A stretch of 64,000 nucleotides of DNA from Antedon mediterranea (lineage: Eukaryota; Animalia; Echinodermata), in the NCBI RefSeq assembly GCF_964355755.1, contig NC_092680.1, positions 18,671,045 to 18,735,044 on the forward strand. The letters run 5' to 3'. A program made the position numbers and the translations under genes. How positions within the stretch are numbered: position 1 is the first letter of the stretch; each line of letters starts with the position of its first letter. This document shows, one piece after another, positions 1 to 12,645 of the stretch. The notes beneath the pieces were generated by a model. It was not told the origin of the DNA and made no database searches. It saw nothing but the letters and a program-made list of their open reading frames with translations.

Positions 1-1641
1 ATTCACAGTTGAGTGATGACATCATTAGGGATTGCCTGCAGGTTATGTTTATTTGATTTAACAGTAAATCACAAGTGGCTATTCAACAAGTTATTTTGCA
101 CAAATTATGTCACTATCTGGAAAATAATTTCTTTGTTTTATGTACATTCATAAACAAATTATTATTGTTATCATTCCATAGGAGGGTTTCCCTCCTGTTG
201 TAGTTGTCTGGGCCTATTTTATATCCTCCAAGTGTTGTCTGCCCCTGTTTGAATCATCTCATATTATTATATATGGGATGCCATGGAGGTCAAAAATAAG
301 TCTCCATGGTCATTCCTAATACATTAACATTAGTAAAATCCATGTTCTTCTCATTCAAGATTAATTTTCAGGCTTATTATAAATGAATGAGTCATATACA
401 ACTTGATGGGCCTTGTATATGTATGAAAATAATAGATATTTAGTTTGTTATTTATTTACATGTATTATTACTAATATTATGTACATATTAATATTATTTA
501 TATCTATATTATACAATAGTAGTAGCGTCGATCCTTTGTAATTTCCTTATCCCAACCCAATAGAACGATTATCATGCCTTTGGCGCTGACACACCCACTA
601 ATCCTTAGTGATGTAAATGTATCTACTATGCCCCTACAATCTTCTAAGTCACGGGACAACTAGAGCTAGAAATGTAACAGCAAGAAATTGTCCATCAAAC
701 GTATTTCTATCCTTTATTTCTCCATGTTTAGACCGAATATCTTTGAAATAGACACATCTTCAGCAATTCTCCACCATATTTGTCACATGTAAACACATTC
801 AGGTCACAGAAAGGTCAAAGATATAACATATTTTTTATATTAAATCATCAAAATGTATAGGTATTTACTATATATAGAGATTCTACTATATTCATTGTAC
901 AGTGCATGACGATGGTGATATTATTATTAGTGAAGATAATATACTATATAATATTGTTACTATTAGCAAGCTAAAGACAAAAAGAACACAAATTATATTC
1001 ATTAATACTATTGTTATTATAATAATGGACAAGGCTGTAGCCTTTAAATTAAAGGTCTTCAATCTAAAAATAGAAAATATAGTGCTGTAAATTCAATTAG
1101 CATAGTAAAGTGCCTTATTACATTCTAATGATATTGTAAGTGTCTTTGAAGGGGTTTTTCTTGTCAATCAAATCATGATCAAATCAGCATTTGGAACTCC
1201 TTATTGAGGAGGTAAGTTATCCCCTCAGTACAATTGACAATAAGGCCACATGTGTTTATGTTAAATAATAATAAATAAGAAAAAATAAATAAATTTGAAC
1301 ACTAGTAATCATAATGTGAACAAAATGCAATAAACACACAAATTGAAACTAATACAATTATATATTTCAGGATAATGAGGAAGTCCAATCAATAAATTCA
1401 GTTTCCGCTTATAATATCGGAGTCTAAAAATTAATTAAGATAAAGTATTACTTCCATTGTTGTTCATACAACTAAAAACAAAACAGTTTTGGAATCAAAT
1501 TTAGATATTTATTCTTACACATATAGTAATTGAGAAAAAAGTTATGGGTCACTTTATTTCTGGATGAAATTAGAGATCAGATAAATTAGAGATCAGATAA
1601 ATATATGTAGTATATATAACAGAACCATATTTTCTCCATAA

Positions 1642-1820
1642 AGCATGGTTCCCACTAGCGACGCAACGCAAGGACGTAACGCAACGCAAGTGAATTGACC
1701 AATCACAAGCGATGGCTTATTTGCTTGTGATTGCTAACTGTCTATAACTTCGCTTGTCATTGGTTAAAACACTTGCGTTGCGTTTACGTCCTTGCGTTAC
1801 GTTCTAGTGGGAACCAAGCT
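1642..1820. mobile_element. PIF/Harbinger-type MITE (179 bp)
   Basis: TAA flanks at 1639-1641 and 1821-1823. TIRs AGCATGGTTCCCACTAG / CTAGTGGGAACCAAGCT extend as imperfect inverted repeats (ACGCAAGGACGTAA...ACGCAAGTG) across most of the element. Confidence 0.8.
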
Positions 1821-4800
1821 TAAACAATGCTCTACAATAAAGCACTCATTTCCACATCAAAAAATATAAGATATTCCACCATGTGTATTTATTATTAAAT
1901 GAACTGTCATATTAAAATAATATGACAACAGCTAATAAATAAACAATTAAGGACTTTCAGGGACCTGTCGTGTATGGTGAATTTATCTTTAAAAGCAAAT
2001 ATGAGTGATTGAATTTTTATACTTCTTCTTAACAGTAAAATAAACATACATAATACTTGACTAATTAGTTAGTTTTTCTTTGCATTACAATGGCAGCGAC
2101 CACCATTGTGTGATTTATGTTGCCTTGTGAATATAAAATGTTATAATAAATATTATAATAAATATTATGATAATGTAGGATTTAAATTTGAAAATGATCA
2201 TTTCCAGTGCTGTATCTCCACATACGGTATTTGTCTATTATCATAGGCAATCTCTGTAATACAGCATCTCATGTGAATCACATCTGGTGCCTGTTTGTTA
2301 AGGTTTATAGTTACAGTACTATGATACACAGGCGTCACCTGTGAAACACATATGATGCTGTATTTCACAATTTTTCTATGATACTGGGCAAATTACATAC
2401 AGTAGTGAGAATCTGTTATTCTACAACACTCACAAAATGTTTTCAGAATTGTATTGGTTATTTGTTACTATTTACATACAAAAACAGCATTCATAAATCT
2501 TCTTCGTCACAAGTAAAAATCAGGCCTGAATTTAAATCTTAAAAATCGGTCATGAAAGTCATGCTAATACCATCATAAATTTAATTAATTACAGACAGCT
2601 CTCATATAGTTCTTATAGGGTCTTATGGCAAAACAATTACAGAATGTGGACGCTTTCAATTGTAATCTAGAGAAGATGTGTAGTGCTCATATATTATCCA
2701 ATTTAAAAAAACTAAATTATCTAAAGTATGACAATTGTTAAGTATGACATAAAAAAAACGTAGTAAAACTATTTTAAGAGGTAATTTCCCCCACTCTTCG
2801 TCAATAACAATACCAATTTCCCTTACTGTCTAAAACTTAAATGGTTACTAGTTATAAAACACCTACTCAAAAGAAATCTAATAATCGTTCATTACTACAC
2901 AATATGATTGTTTGAAAACAAAAACAGACGTTTTGAAAGGCATAAAAGAAACGGTTCCCTGTGCAACAACACGTTAACAATACCAATTAATCGGTTAAAT
3001 TAATCTAATAATAATGGTATAAGGAATTATGTGTTAAAAGTACACTCAATTTGGTACTTTATATCAAAACTTGGCATATATTTTTCTTTGTAAACACAGT
3101 GGAGGAGGATTCAGGATTTTGAGAATGGAGGAAGGGGTGAATGGGGAGGGGGGTTGTGCTGAGTGTTACAAAGCCTTGTACCATACATGATTCAACATGC
3201 TTTTAAGCTCTTGATGTCATGGCTAAATTCCATAGAATCATCAGGTTATGAAATTGTTCTCTGGTCCTTGATGAGGAATCTGAGAAGATTCAGTTCATGT
3301 GAATGATAGCTGATTACCCTAATTAAATTACTATCATTTTACAATTCCATTACAGCCTGACTGTACATACAATAAATTTCCAAACCATCTGGCTCAGACC
3401 TGCAGAGTCTAAAAACAACTTGACACCAGACAACCAGAAATATCATCAATCAATATTAATATCATTTATAATGATTAAAAGCTACATATTGAAATCTGTT
3501 TAGATGGGTCAAGTTCAAATTTAAATGACAACCCATAAATCAACAGTAGAAGATAAGACAAATTTAATCCTTATTAAATAGCAATCCATCAAAATCACCT
3601 TCCTGTACACCTATCCACCTGTTTCCTATAAATGGATGCTACACTTTAAAATAGATTAAGATAGAAGATGGGATGTTATTAAGTTTAAATGGTAAAGAAG
3701 TAGCTATAGTTACATAATGTTGATGTTACACTTTGAGATAGATATCAAAGTTGTAGCAGAGCAACTGAAGAACCAGATCAGATCAAGCCACTACAGTTAA
3801 ATCAAAACAGTAAAATGTCCAGTGTATGTTTACTTTTACCATAGAGATATTATAATAATATGCTTTTACTAAAGTGCAATTCTTTTATTGAAAATGAGTA
3901 AGCTTCTTGTAACTAATCAATAGGGCTAATCTCAGTTGACCTCACTCAGACCTCTTATTCAGACAATAATATGTTACAATTAAATTCCATCATGTGAAAC
4001 ACAGACAATCAATAAATAAAAATGTTTTTATATAATATTAGTTATATGTAAGTTTGCCTGGCAACAAAATTAAAGTTATTTTGTTAGAGCTGGAACTGTT
4101 TTTAACATTTATGGTAAAACTTTTGTAATAAAAAAATGTTTAGAAATATTTTGTTTCACAAATGGACATATAATATAATATATATAGAATTAATGTTCTG
4201 TGTTTATACTGTATATATATATTATAATATATAATTTGTCTGAATCACTTACTAAATAGTATTCAGACAAAAATATGTAATATTAATTTCATGTCGTACA
4301 GTAGGATACAAGTTGTCAGACCATATTTCCAAACAAATTTCATGAATATATTTAACAGCAGAAAGGGAAGCTTTTAAATACGCTAGATTGGATTCACTTC
4401 TGGGAGGTGTAAAGTGATTCTATCAAGCTTCTTCAGTCAGCCTTCATATTAAGGGTGGAAGTGTCACACCATGAAATTTACTCAAAAAAGAACAATTCAC
4501 AAGCAGATGTCTACCAGGTGGCAAAGAACAACATCAGGTCTATGACCTTACTCTACAATTCTACAATATATTTAAATATTATACAATTCAATTTATAAAA
4601 TTTATCATTTTGTATATTTTGTATATGATAGTCGGAAATTCTTATTAATATTAAATTATTCGATAGAAAGCCAACCTCTTTTTTAATTAAGAATTAATAT
4701 TTTCAAATTAAATTATTTAACACATTTTTAATTACAAAAACATTTTTCATTAATTTATCATGAATGTTGTAGCAGCAGATAAAATAAATAATAAATAATA

Positions 4801-4829
4801 ATTTTATCTGGCACAAGCTTTTGGAACTG

Positions 4830-4950
4830 CATTATTAGGGAGACGCCACTATGAAGGAACACTTTTCCATGAAGGGGATTCCAGGACCACCTCTATTATA
4901 AGGACACTTTTTTGAGTTTTGAAGGTGTTGCCTTTATAGGTGTTCTGTGA
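4830..4950. mobile_element. Degenerate fragment of the same MITE family
   Basis: Repeated subunits CTATTATAAGGACAC, ATGAAGGAACAC and GGTGTTGCCTTTATAGGTGTT are similar to 7468-7486. Confidence 0.35.
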
Positions 4951-7672
4951 AAGTGTTTGGTATATTTTCTAAATATGTTCCTGAAAACGTTTAGTACCCA
5001 TGTGATTTTTCTGTACTACTGTAGTCTACCTCACGTACCAAAATGTGCATTCGGAACTATTGGGAATTGTAGTAAATTGATTGGTATCTATTGACCCCTA
5101 GGTCAATATTTATAACCCTTATGACTTAATAATGGGTGAATAAAGAAATAAAATGCTGAGGTAATTTCCCATTGAGTGGGTTCACCTCCGGTAAAACAAA
5201 GCAATCTATTATTCTGTATAATTCATTCAACCAATTATCTCAAATCTAGACACCCAGAAAACCGGAAGTCGTTCTAAAGCAACTTTTCTATTTATTAAAA
5301 CAAATTCCAAAAACATGTATTTAAACATTTTTTTTTTCTAAATCTTATTTCAGCAAAAAATATGAGTTTGTGAGGGCACTCATTTTCTTAAAACTGAGAA
5401 AGTTTATGCTTAAAAACCGAAGTATGTATGTATGTAGCATATACCCACATAATCAGTTTGTATAACCCCAAATACACGCATGGTGATCTTATTTTTATCT
5501 ATATTTTCTCCCAGTGAAAATAATTTCAATATTAATATTGCTAGGTCTATTCAATACACAATCACTTTATTCTTTCATAGAATTTTCATTCCTAAACAGC
5601 TGAAAATCAACATGTCAACTACCAGCTTGATTTAAAATGAATATTCATAAATCTCTCTATTTAGATAGTTCACTCTTAGTATACATAGCAATAGCATGGT
5701 GACACAATCATACCACTATTGTAATGCTATAACTATAACACTGGAAAAACATAAAATTTCTCACTGCAGTTCAAATAGAATTCTGTGTCTCAAATACTTT
5801 ATTTCTTGTTTAATAGTATTGTTAGAATTGGAAATGACGTGCATCGTGAGGTTGGCATAGAAATAAATTAATGTTATAAATTGAAGGAGATATTCATAAT
5901 TATTCCCCTTTCTGTCTGAGTGATGATATTATATACAACCAATGTAATAAAACCATTGAAAAGGGAATGAGAAGGGATTTTGACACAAGAATTATGGTAT
6001 ATAGAACTAGTTTAAAAACATATACCCAAGGCATAACTGCATGAAGGCTTGGCTTCTGAATGGATTCCAGCCTGAAAAAACAGTGCATGATTTAAGCATG
6101 GACCTATAAATTAGGTGCATTATAGGTCCATGATTTAAGCATGTATCTGCTGAAATTCTAGGTATCTGGGTTGATACCGTAAAAGAGAAAAACAGTACAA
6201 GACACAAGCAAGGAAAAAACCTAGAAATAAGGTTCATAAGAAATTGATCATTGTATGTACTACAAGCCAGGAACTCTTCCCTGCTACAAACATAGTATAA
6301 ACATTGGATGAATTATAAATAATTTAATTTTCTTTATATAGGCCTATTGATTGTTCTAAAGTAAACAAATACCCAGGTCTTAATTTAATCAACTTGTTGA
6401 ATAATCTACTATATATGTTTAACAAAAGGTAGACAAATAATGAATAGCTGGTTTAAAGATAATTAGTGAAAAAGTGAATTAGTTTGTAGACAGATTAATG
6501 TGAGCATCTTATGAGTGGTGATACTAGAAAAGATGCTTCAGCTTTTGGTGAGACTTTACTTATTGTTTGAATTGTAAAGTTTGTCTTAATCCTGGATCTT
6601 CAAATACTAATGAGTTCAAAATAGAAAACAAATGCTCTGCAGTCTTTTTCTCACATTGAATCCTTACACAATAAGCCTATTCAAATCCAATGTAACACAA
6701 ACATGAAGGATTTCTTAATTCAGAAAAATTGGAAAAGATTATTTTGGACCAAAATTGGATGCAATTTCTAAGTTTTCACATTCTACAGTAAAATGTAAAC
6801 CTTTTCTATATATCAACACTATAATTCCTGATAAGAACACATTTAAGGCTAGAATAAATATTTAATAAACAAAACAAATAAAATAAGAACATCTGAGTTT
6901 GTCTATCTATAAGAATAAACAAACATCTAATAACCTTTTACCATTTTATCACATAAATTTATGGAATCTGTTAACTTCTAAAAAGAAAAATGCCCAGCCA
7001 TTGATAACATTAGAATTATTATATATACTTCAAATATGGGTAATATGACCCTGAATCTATTACCTGCCTTATTGTTGTTAATTGCACACAGTAGATTATA
7101 TCTGGGATTTTCCATGGGGTTTCCTATATAGAATACCCAACCCAATCATTTTTATCAATATATCAACTATTATGGTAACTGGGTTGGATTGATTACTGAT
7201 TGTACTTAAATTAGATAACCTAAAAATGGATAAAATGTGCAATTAAAGAGTTCAAAGTCTATACTTTTACAATAGAATAATATATAATTTATTTCTACAT
7301 ATTTAATGTTACAGTGTACTTCAATATTGATAGGTGTTCTTTTGTAATGTTTGTTATGATTAATTATTCTTGTTTAAACATCTGTTCAGTAAGACTTTGC
7401 ACGTAACCCTCTCAGGTATTTTTAAAATTCTATGCTAGTATTGTAAAATTGTATATACAGTATAATTCCCTATTAAGAGGACACCTTTGTGACCTAACAA
7501 AGTGTCCCTTAAAGTGCTAGTGCCACAGCCTTTAAATTAAGATATTAATGATTTTTTGGGTAGACTTAATGTCTATAAATCTTGACCGAAATTTGCATTG
7601 ACCTACTTTTAACGGTATGGCCGTAATCGCCTCTTAATTAGGAACGTTAATATGCCCTCGTACTTTATAAGC

Positions 7673-7690
7673 GTGACGTCACAGGCAGAA
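7673..7690 (+). promoter_or_regulatory. Left subterminal CRE-like palindrome motif upstream of the transposase
   Basis: GTGACGTCACAGGCAGAA contains the perfect palindrome GTGACGTCAC and matches the inverted copy near the right end at 17/18 positions. Confidence 0.55.
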
Positions 7691-7853
7691 GACATTCTAC
7701 TTCCGCCTTTTAAAACAACACACGTGCATGCATGAGACGCTGGTTTACTACTAATAATATATACTGTATACTGCTTTCTACTGGTACTAATTGTTATTTT
7801 CAACTATTATTATTGTCAGCTACTTTTTTATTTATCTATTATAATAAATCAAT

Positions 7854-10629
7854 ATGCCTTCTCGCTGTGTTGCTGCGAATTGTGATCATGAAAATAACTT
7901 ATTGTTTCGGTGGCCAAAGGACAGTTCCATCGCCAGGCAATGGACGCGATTTGTACGTACAAAACGCGATAAGTGGAAACCCACAGCTCGATCAGTGCTC
8001 TGTTTTAAGCATTTTTCAGACGATTCATTTACAAACATGGGTCAATTCAAAGCTGGTCTAGCTACAAAGTAAGTATTTGTTAATTAGATGAATTTACTTT
8101 TAATATTTTACCTTCAACAAAAACTGCATAAAATACGTTCGCCGTCGCTATTGTTAGGCCTGCTGGGCCCGCTGGGCCAAGCCTAGCTTCTAGGCGCGCC
8201 GGCACATAATTTGCAGTAACATTAAAACTACTGTACATACATACAGAGTACAGTTGCTCCGCCTGATATATATGTATAGTATTTACTTTATGTTGGTTTA
8301 TCTTTAAATAAACTTAACATAATTAATAAGTAATAGTAACAGTTTTGCCTACACCACACAGATAACTCAACTAGGCCTAACCTAGTTGTTATGTATTTGG
8401 CTTATTACATTAATAATAATGGGATAAGGGCTAGCCTAGCCAGGCCTAATTAGTACTACTGAATGCTGTACAAACATGATGGAGGTTAGTCAATGCCTAC
8501 ACTATTATGCTCAGTAGGAGAATGTCCTGTCGGTGTAAGTGGGAACTAACAACTATATTATAATTATATTGCTTACGTTATTTTGCCCTTAATATTAACT
8601 AGACAACGGTTTCCTCACTACTTTTAGGCTTTTACTGAATGCCAAAACAGCGGTACCAACAATACATGTTGTGAGGGAGACATCCGACGATGGTGGTCAG
8701 GTGGCCAAAGAGTGTACAGCACAGAGGTTAGTGTAATAGATTCAATAAATAAAAGAAAAAATGTTTAGGTTTGTCTGATATTTATTTATTAATAGTATTA
8801 ATATTCATTCCAACAGGTCAGCATTTGTTAAAAGAGAAAAGGCGGGAGTGATCAGGGAGCTTATTACTGGAACAGAGGATGAGGAAGAGGATGAACAGGA
8901 GCTGGCAAGTGTATGCGATAAGCCTCTTATGGTGTCCAGAGGCACACAGACACGAAAGCAAAGAAAACGTGTTCGGCGACGAAAAATGAGCAAAGCTAAA
9001 GTCGTGGCACCCAAAAAAGCCAAACCAACATACAAAGAACAATCGTCTGATGAAGATGATGAAGATTTTGATGAGTCGACAGAAGATGATAGCGATTCAG
9101 ATTATCGACCGGAAGAGGATGTATCGGTTTCAGATGGTGAGGATACAGAGATGGAAGATGATGAGATGAAAGGATTTAATGGGGATGCACATAGACAGCC
9201 AAAATACATTGTTTTTCACAATCACCTACTGATGCTACTTTCTATATGCCTTTCCTGTTTTTCCAGTAAAGTTCAAGTATGTTGTCGTAACAAGGGAAGC
9301 ATGCTTATTGCAAACATAAGATGCTTATGTTGCCACACTAACCGCGAGTGGAAAAGTCAGCCAGAAGCTAGAGGTACCCCAATGGGTAACATTCTACTAA
9401 GTGGGGCTATTCTTTTTTCTGGCTCAACACCCACACAATTTTTAAGAGCGCTAAAAAGTATAAATGTGAGCGCCATTAGTAAACGTACTTTTTTCCGTCA
9501 CCAACAAAATTTCTTGCACAGAGTTGTAAGGAATAATTGGTTTTCTAAAAGGGATAAGCACTTTGCTGAATTACAGGGCAAGGATATTTCTATTGGCGTA
9601 GATGGACGCTGTGACAGTATGGGCCACAGTGCAAAATATGGTTCATACACATCAGTTGACTTGACCGAAAATAAGATTTTGAATGTTGAATTAGTTCAGA
9701 GTAGTGATGTTAAATCATCTTATCATATGGAACTTAAGGGTCTACAAAAAACATTGGATGTCTTTAAAGATTTCAAAGTAAATATAAGTACAATTGTTTC
9801 CGATAGACATAGACAACTACAAAAATATTTAAGGGATAATTTTCCAGACATTAAGCATTATTTTGACTGCTGGCACATTGCAAAAAGTATTAAGAAAAAG
9901 ATCCAGGCCATATCAACAAAAAAATCGTGTAACCTTTTAGGTAATTGGCAAAAATCTATTTCTAACCATTATTACTGGTGTGTAATGTCCACCCACATTG
10001 ATGAAAAAGATATCATTGAAGCAAAGTGGAAGTCTGTGGTAAGACATGTACAAAATCTTCATACTGGACATCCTGAACCATATACGGAATGTGCCCATCC
10101 GGTAATGTCTCCTTCAGACCAACGGTTAACAAAGTGGTTGACTGCTGATACTGAAGCTTGTGATGCCTTACAAAAATTTGTTGAAACCAAAATGTTGGTG
10201 AAGGACATTCGCAATTCTTCACCTCATGGGCAAACGTCATCAGTGGAAGGGTACCATAGCCTTATTAATCATTTCGCTCCTAAAATGTTCCACTTTTCAT
10301 ATAGTGGAATGAAGAGTCGACTTTTCATAGCTGCTCTTCACTATAATGAGAACAGTACCAGAGAACAAATGGTAAATAAGGCTGGAGAAAAGCAATACGT
10401 AATATCATTTCCCAAGTACAAGAAAGGGGGTTACATTGTTAAAAAACTTTTAACAGAATGTACATATAATTATGTTGATGAGTTGTTCAAGAGTCTTCTT
10501 GAGGTTGTTATGGAACCAAATCTAGATGCATTTACAGAGACCATACCACCATCATTGTGCGCAGCATTTGAAAGACCTGAAAAAAGTGCTGCAGTTGCCC
10601 AACATACAAGCCGGTTTAAAAACCAGTAA
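7854..10629 (+). CDS. Kolobok transposase with N-terminal THAP zinc finger; 3 exons (7854-8068, 8628-8726, 8817-10629), 708 aa
   Basis: Exon 1 carries THAP C2CH (CVAANC...FRWPKD...W...LCFKHF). Exon 2 supplies the AVPTI box. Exon 3 begins RSAFVKRE and runs into the 593-aa ORF: basic and acidic linkers, CLSC...CLCC zinc motif, DGRCDSMGHSAKY (D), VSDRH (D), FDCWH (C/DxxH) and TSSVEGYHS (E). Both introns are GT-AG phase 2; no stops. Confidence 0.92.
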
Positions 10630-10909
10630 TAACTTGACACCATGTTTATTAATCATATAAATGAATTGAACACAGCATATTATTGTAGACATAATAAAAT
10701 TGTTGAAATATCCACAATGTACTGTATTTTCAGACTATTTCATTTTTTCCCCAATAACAATGTATTGGAGATGTATATGAGTGAGAGAAGCAATAAAATC
10801 AAAATGAGTTGCAAATTGTATAAATTATTACTGTACTTTATTTAATTTCAAAAAATTATTAAACTAATACTAAATAGTATAAGAAAATTAAAATGCTGCT
10901 ATGGCTGTT

Positions 10910-11969
10910 TTAATTTAGGTCGGGTAATTTAAATCCTGTAAACACTGGGTCATCTCCAGGTGGTGGGAAATGTGCTCTTATGCAAGAGACAACACAAGAC
11001 GGAAGCACTATACGGATATTTTTTCCGACATATCCATGTATCCATCGGGCATACTGTCTGTACGATATGTGACGGTACTTTTTGTTTTTTGGTCCGTTAT
11101 AGATAACTTTCTTATCATAGTGTTGCTTATACGAAAGCCATGCTACTTCCAGCACCCAAGGGTCAAGAGCAACAGACTTGAAACCTGGATGATTTGTGAT
11201 GCAGGAGAATGGAGCATCATTGTTGAACAGATTGACATTGTCTTCAAGTTTAGCACTTGTGTTTTCGCACTCCTTGCAGCAGATGCACTCTTCCCCTGAG
11301 CCCATGATTTGGCAATGTTCACAGGAACACCTGAACAAGATGAAAACATGTATTTAGTCATTATAAAATTAATTATTATGATTATAATTAGTTGATCATA
11401 TCAGCAGTCACTCAATCAAGTGAAATTCAAATGCCCATTTGAACTATGACCAGAATATTAATATTAATACTTTAGGCCTAGTCCATCTATTATTATAACC
11501 AAACCCAAGCCAAGCAAGGAGTAGCCTATTATTATTAAACCACCGTCCCAAATCCGACCCATCTAATAATAATCATCAAACAAATTACGATGGGGACTTT
11601 ATATTAACGTATGGCATCTCACAAAATTTGAAAAAAAAAAAACCGATTGTATATTTAGAATTTAGAAACACTGAGGTAGCTCTAGCTTCGATTGATTAAT
11701 TAGGCCTAGCCCAATCAAGCAGACGCTTCACTACAACAACCACAACGGGGGAACACCTACCATTCTAAATTATCCAGGCGTGCAGCCATCATGTCAACAT
11801 CTTCACCTTGGGCTTCTTCATCAATGTCTTGTAATTCATGTTCCTCAAAACGTGGTTCGAAATTATATGGTATTATAAGGCCAGTACCATTTTCCTCATC
11901 ACTTGATGATGAACTACTACTACTTGGTCTATCTGATGAAACACTTTCTAAATCGCTTTCGGAATCCAT
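10910..11969 (-). CDS. KolX accessory protein, P2X7 cytoplasmic-ballast-like Cys-rich domain; 2 exons (11969-11761, 11330-10910), 209 aa
   Basis: Acidic/Ser-rich N-terminus with PYNFEP. The splice TG|G rebuilds LEWCSCEHC, followed by EECICC, CIT, YRHISYRQYARWIHG and RIVLPSCVVSCIRAHFP. Total 630 nt, in frame. Confidence 0.88.
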
Positions 11970-12058
11970 AACAAATATTCAGTAAGCTTGTTGTGATCGC
12001 CGCGGGGTGTGTTATAAGGCGCAAGATGCAGGTTAGTTCCTCCTCGCGATCGTCGGTG

Positions 12059-12076
12059 TTCTGGCTGTGACGTCAC
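12059..12076 (-). promoter_or_regulatory. Right subterminal CRE-like palindrome motif upstream of KolX
   Basis: Minus strand GTGACGTCACAGCCAGAA, followed by CGCCTTATAACACAC (TATA-like) before the KolX ATG at 11969. Confidence 0.55.
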
Positions 12077-12329
12077 ATACAAATGTCGAAAGGTAACATT
12101 TCGTGACCAAATAACGACACACATATTGCTTTTTTTTTCATATATATAACACTTTATTATTGAAACTCAATTTAACACAGTATCTACATATATTATTCTT
12201 GATACTGATAATAGTAAATGTCGTATTTGTCGAAAGTGTGGCACTAGCACTTTAATAGGGGTGTCTGCAAAATAAGGCTTGTCGTAGTGTATACATTGCA
12301 TCTTGTTCGTTTCACAAATATGTGTCCCC

Positions 12330-12645
12330 TTTGTTTGTTTGTTTTATCTTTATACTGGGTAACCTCTTCAGTCAAAGACTGATCTCCCAGAGGGCCCAGT
12401 TGGTGATCAGTGGCTGTGATGTACTAATACACCGGGGTAACCCCTTACTCGTCTCAAAAGATGTACTAGGTTCTTTAAAGTGCACACGAGCAAGTTGTGT
12501 ACACTGGACCTACGGTTTATAGTCCTTATCCGAGAAGACTCGTTCTACCACCAGAACCATGGAGTGAGTGAGCCTCGGACCCCTGCCGATGTTATGGCTA
12601 CGTGATTACGGTTCCACTGTCTTAACCGCTCGGCCACTCACTCCC
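12330..12645 (-). mobile_element. tRNA-derived SINE with Deu/Nin-type central domain, copy 1
   Basis: Minus strand: A box TGGCCGAGCGG, B-box-like GGTCCGAGGC, core CGGATAAGGACTATAAACCGTAGGTCC...CACTTTAAAGAACC...GAGTAAGGGGTTACCCCGGTGT, and an (AAAC)n tail. Near-identical to 36290-36532 over about 240 bp. Confidence 0.85.

Larger units (their letters stand above)
7513..12251 (+). mobile_element. Kolobok-superfamily DNA transposon, apparently intact and autonomous, 4,739 bp
   Basis: TTAA at 7509-7512 and 12252-12255. Perfect 15-bp TIRs AGTGCTAGTGCCACA (7513-7527) and TGTGGCACTAGCACT (12237-12251), giving RR...YY termini. Convergent THAP-DDE transposase and KolX genes, the established Kolobok layout. 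Confidence 0.92.

Noticed and set aside
4552-4560. 9-nt microexon AATTGTAGA
   Set aside because: Weak acceptor context and an in-frame TAG in the required phase 1.
10910-11969. Host P2X7 receptor gene
   Set aside because: No transmembrane or ectodomain sequence; the ORF lies wholly within the TIRs.
7609-11985. Alternative-frame ORFs within the transposon (7609, 7732, 8805, 8818, 10013, 10970, 11143, 11791)
   Set aside because: They overlap the transposase or KolX exons in other frames or strands and show no motifs.
7513-12251. piggyBac, P-element or Mutator assignment for the transposon
   Set aside because: TTAA duplication fits piggyBac, but the ends are AG...CT rather than CCY...RGG and the transposase motifs differ. 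THAP fits P elements and DxxH fits Mutator, but those make 7-9 bp duplications and lack KolX.
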